From Octopus bimaculoides (taxonomy: Eukaryota): DNA of 47,880 bases. The DNA lies in contig NC_068981.1 of assembly GCF_001194135.2 (NCBI RefSeq), positions 96,116,118 through 96,163,997 on the forward strand, given 5' to 3'. The notes beneath the pieces are model-generated. The model did no database searches. It was not told the DNA's origin and worked only from the letters and a program-made list of their open reading frames with translations. Below are positions 46,271 through 47,880 of the stretch, piece by piece (the stretch's first letter is position 1; each line of letters starts with the position of its first letter). Both the position numbers and the translations under genes were made by a program.

Positions 46271-46926
46271 ATATTTACATTAGTCTCAATACAACTCTCA
46301 TATGTGTACGTACGTACGTACACACACAAAGAAATGATAAAAATTATGTAAACAATAAGCAGGATAGATAGATAGACAGACAGACGGACGGACACACACA
46401 CACAAAACTCACATTGCTTTCAAAAATAATCCTGTTACAACAATGAAGTTAATTACAGAAGGTTGACTATAGTTACTTTTATCATACTGGAAAAGTTACA
46501 AAACGATCCAAGAAAGATGAACATTTCAATGAACTTTCGCCACACCAATACAAAAACACATTTTAAGTATCAATAATTTCTCATTTTGGTACAAGACTAT
46601 AAATTGATAAACAATTGCGTATAATCGATTGCCAAAACCAGGTTGGTGTTTATGAATTAAAGGCAATATACACCCAGGTAGTATTTGAACTCAAAACGTA
46701 AACAAATGTAACTAAAATACTGCTCAGTCTTCAAAATAACACTCTACCAATTCTGCCTACTGCTCTCACTTTTTTGTGGTAATGAAAATAGAAGTAAATT
46801 ACGTGTCTGATTTTCTTGTTTTACTTCCATCGTTGCAATAAAAATAAACACTTATCAACATTTTAATATTCTCCTTTGAGAATTACCGTATTTTTACCAC
46901 ACTCCAACAAATACACATACACTTAC

Positions 46927-47030
46927 TTTGTTTCCCTCTAATTGATAGTGAAACGATATCAAACCATGTAGTACTACTTTTAAGCTATAACTCGTGTCCG
47001 CCGAAGTTTTGAGCGCCATTTTCCAACAAG
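46927..47030 (-). other. Putative non-coding first exon of CCDC157
   Basis: Perfect minus-strand donor GTAAGT at 46926-46921, just downstream of a CpG-containing promoter-like patch; pairs with the acceptor at 45219. The 5' end is not defined. Confidence 0.5.
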
Positions 47031-47057
47031 TGACGTTTCTTAGCAACACTTAGCAAC
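47013..47057 (-). promoter_or_regulatory. Putative CCDC157 core promoter: YY1 motif, CRE half-site and RFX X-box with an extra half-site
   Basis: GCGCCATTTT 47013-47022 (AAAATGGCGC on -), TGACGT 47031-47036, GTTTCTTAGCAAC 47035-47047, then CTTAGCAAC again to 47057. Confidence 0.55.
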
Positions 47058-47586
47058 AACACATAGAAACAACAATCAATGATAATATTGCTTGACATGC
47101 TTCTTCAATGTCGTGATAAAAGTAAAAAGTAGAGAAAATCGATTGGTTCTTTAATAAATCGCGTAAAATATTTAATGCATAGTTAACATATTTTATTGGA
47201 CTTGAATATATTCTAACGAGTTATTTTTAGTTTCAGTTTCCGAATATTTTTCCATCTGTGATTCCCTAATTGTCAGGCTCGTCACTTTTAGTTACATTTA
47301 TTTTTCAGTTTGATATTGATTTTGGGGAAGCATATGGGCAGACGTAAAGAACGTGGACTGCTGAACTGTTTAGAAATCTGCAGTAACTCCATGTGGACTA
47401 TTTCTTTACATTTCTTCCAACAATTACAGAAGCACTTGGTTTCGTGGCTAACTGCCTCAGTGCCTGCCCTGAGAAGCTGGGTTACACAAAACCAGGAAGA
47501 ATATGAAGCAAATGCCTATCTGAGGCTGTGGTAAAATACCCCTGTTTAAGATTCCGCGCGGCAGCTTCGAATCCAAATCTCTGCGT

Positions 47587-47692
47587 GATCTTTCTGAATT
47601 GACGGGCGCCAATATGACACATTCTACCAGTATCCCAAGTTTGAAAGTGTTTTGTTCAGAAAACAAGTGGCGCCCATCAATTCAGAAAGATC
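47587..47692. repeat. 106-bp hairpin element related to the 17436-18013 element
   Basis: 25-bp inverted repeat with one mismatch (47587-47611 / 47668-47692). Its spacer matches the reverse complement of 17478-17518 at 39 of 41 positions. Confidence 0.7.
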
Positions 47693-47880
47693 CGATCTGC
47701 GAAATTGCGATGCAAACTTCTTAATACATTTACGCCTTAAACTTCACCCGGTTGTCATTAGCAGTAAGCTTATTTTCCAACTTGGCCTCAGTTATGATAT
47801 CCTTTTTGGCATTATTTAAGGGTCCTGTGGTCATGAATAACTATAGCTCACAACTCGACCTCAGAGGAAAATGTTTCCCA

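Noticed and set aside
47310-47534. 74-aa + strand ORF after an acceptor-like tttttcag, as the first exon of a neighbouring gene
   Set aside because: No recognisable homology; all three frames contain stops before the next donor-like site (about 47764), and part of the region is a repeat hairpin.

Overview
AT-rich, repeat-dense animal genomic DNA from a gapped draft assembly (six N runs). The tRNA-head SINEs, RTE LINEs with (GAT)n tails, mariner/maT elements and long (TA)n tracts look like Octopus/coleoid cephalopod, but that species call is from recall, not a search. Two convergent protein-coding genes are well supported. On the + strand is an intronless 804-aa protein O-mannosyltransferase 2 (POMT2, 2358-4772). 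On the - strand is a CCDC157 orthologue reconstructed by hand from nine coding exons (45159 down to 23852; all splice phases compatible; 2232 nt = 743 aa + stop), with a probable non-coding first exon and an RFX X-box/YY1 promoter near 47.0 kb. The rest is transposon debris. The most unusual signals are: (1) hammerhead-ribozyme motifs of the Penelope-associated, palindromic-stem-III type, one near-intact (10068-10149, - strand) and three degenerate, plus a Penelope GIY-YIG endonuclease remnant; (2) the intron-free POMT2, a probable retrogene; (3) a 1.27-kb two-LTR Gypsy derivative that kept only PBS, integrase tail and PPT; (4) several fold-back structures, including a 55-bp hairpin inside a CCDC157 intron; (5) two inverted-repeat elements whose arms differ but which share a 41-bp core. 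No CRISPR, rRNA or true tRNA gene is seen. All alignments and folds were done by eye.
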